64,000 bases of DNA from Lepidodermella squamata (Eukaryota > Animalia > Gastrotricha), in the NCBI GenBank assembly GCA_047495785.1, contig JBLDXI010000031.1, positions 186,001 to 250,000 on the forward strand. The letters run 5' to 3'. Below the pieces are notes generated by a model, which saw only the letters and a program-made list of their open reading frames with translations, was not told the origin of the DNA and made no database searches. Positions 62,623-64,000 of this stretch are shown here, piece by piece; within the stretch, counting starts at the first letter, position 1; each line of letters begins with the position of its first letter. The translations under genes were made by a program, and so were the position numbers.

Positions 62623-64000
62623 CGAAACGAAGCGAAAATCTTTCTATTTGTCCTTAACTTTCCTTCACATTTTTTGGCAATAATTAAGGAGCAACGAACA
62701 GCATTATATCCATCAAAAAGAAAAATCTGACGTAGAGAATGTATCCAGTGAAAATAGCTGCTTAATTTGTAAATATTGTTTATTATCTCGCCTTTCTCGC
62801 GCCTTCCTTCCATGTTGAATAGAATAGATATTCGCTCCAGCATTACAACCTGCAACTGCCTAAGAATAAACTCGCAAAATGCATTGCTCTGTCTTTATTT
62901 CACAATTTGAGAGGAATAACGTTATGGAGACTCCACTCTCCACTCAAGGAGAATGCTGTTAACGCAAACACGAAAATCGATAATTTACGATCGAGGCAAA
63001 AAATGTGCAAAAATGGTCGCTCACACAAATTAAATCACCATTTGTCAGCTAACCGACATTACGCACTAGAAAATGGCCGGTCGAAGGTAAACTTTGGCGA
63101 TTTTCACCTTTTAGGCTCGTCTTATTTCAAATCTAAATACATATTCAGAGAGATTAGGTCAGCGGGATGGCATCGGCCGAAAAAAACATGTAATCACTAT
63201 GTCGTAAGGCAATCTAATTATTGTTGAATGCCTATTTCTCTGTATTTTGCAAGTCGTTTACGATAATCGGCAGATTTTAAATACATTATAATACATTATA
63301 ATAATGTAAATTATACATATTATATACCAGCACTTCGAACAAAAAAAATCGCTTTTTTTCCGGGCAGTTTCTGGGAGAGAAATTCGTCAATGTTAAAGGC
63401 TTAAAGGTTGAACGATCCAACGAATAGTGTTAGGTTATTGCTTGTTTTTACATTGTGGCTTAATTTCTGTTTGAAAAGGTTTCATGTGTTAGGTAGTAAC
63501 GCCAGAATAAAACATTACCGGGCTTTCTATGGAAATAATCATCTCTAATGTGAAGAAATTACGTACGCAATACAGATCCACGTTCTGAGTCGCTTCAAGT
63601 CGCTTTCAAAAATAACCACGCCGCGGTCATAACTTGGTTATTCCGCCAACAGTGATCTATATAGGTCGTAGCGTCTTAGCAAAAAATTATCAAGAGCCGT
63701 CGCGCATGTTCGACACATAATAAGTATTAGATTACACATTCAAGAGCTAATATGCAGGCGGATACAGGTCAATATTGCGGAGAGAGTAAAATCAATTTTT
63801 AGCTCGTAACTTCGCTACTTCTATCACTTCTATCCTGATATCTGCTCCTCATAATTTCACTCTGATGATACACCTGTTTTTGTTGTTCCAACTGCTGATT
63901 TCAGGACTCGAAGCGATAGAGAAGCCATATAAGCTGCAATTGTTGGTTCAAAGTCGTATTACGGGGTCTGAGCCCGTCCTGCTAACGGCCTGTCGCCTAG

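Noticed and set aside
2635-63227. Many 60-130 aa ORFs antisense to or overlapping called genes or within transposons
   Set aside because: Shadow frames, often with non-ATG starts, and no independent coding signal.
62623-64000. Possible gene or RNA at the right end of the window
   Set aside because: No convincing ORF, splice pattern, tRNA or rRNA signature.

Overview
Compact, intron-poor invertebrate (metazoan) genomic DNA, not prokaryotic. Introns are mostly GT-AG and ~45-90 bp; the taxon cannot be fixed from sequence alone. The dominant feature is a tandem array of divergent Cys-loop (pentameric ligand-gated) ion channel genes: 9 apparently intact copies plus 4 pseudogenes or fragments. They keep the Cys-loop and M1-M4 but lack the acetylcholine-site residues, have a shortened loop C and a very short M3-M4 loop, so they are candidate chemosensory receptors under birth-and-death evolution. 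Other genes: a frameshifted class C (GABA-B-like) GPCR with a deleted sibling, prolyl 4-hydroxylase alpha, a secreted M13 neprilysin-like peptidase, a CARD-like/P-loop protein, a NEK-like pseudokinase, a signal-peptide-bearing ankyrin protein and a white-like ABCG half-transporter. The right end (55-63 kb) holds a cluster of orphan secreted peptides and proteins. Mobile elements: an intact DD35D pogo, an intact two-gene Harbinger nested in a Penelope-like remnant with a minimal hammerhead relic, and non-autonomous hAT, piggyBac, MULE and Sola-like elements with readable TIRs and TSDs. All exon structures and alignments were done by eye.
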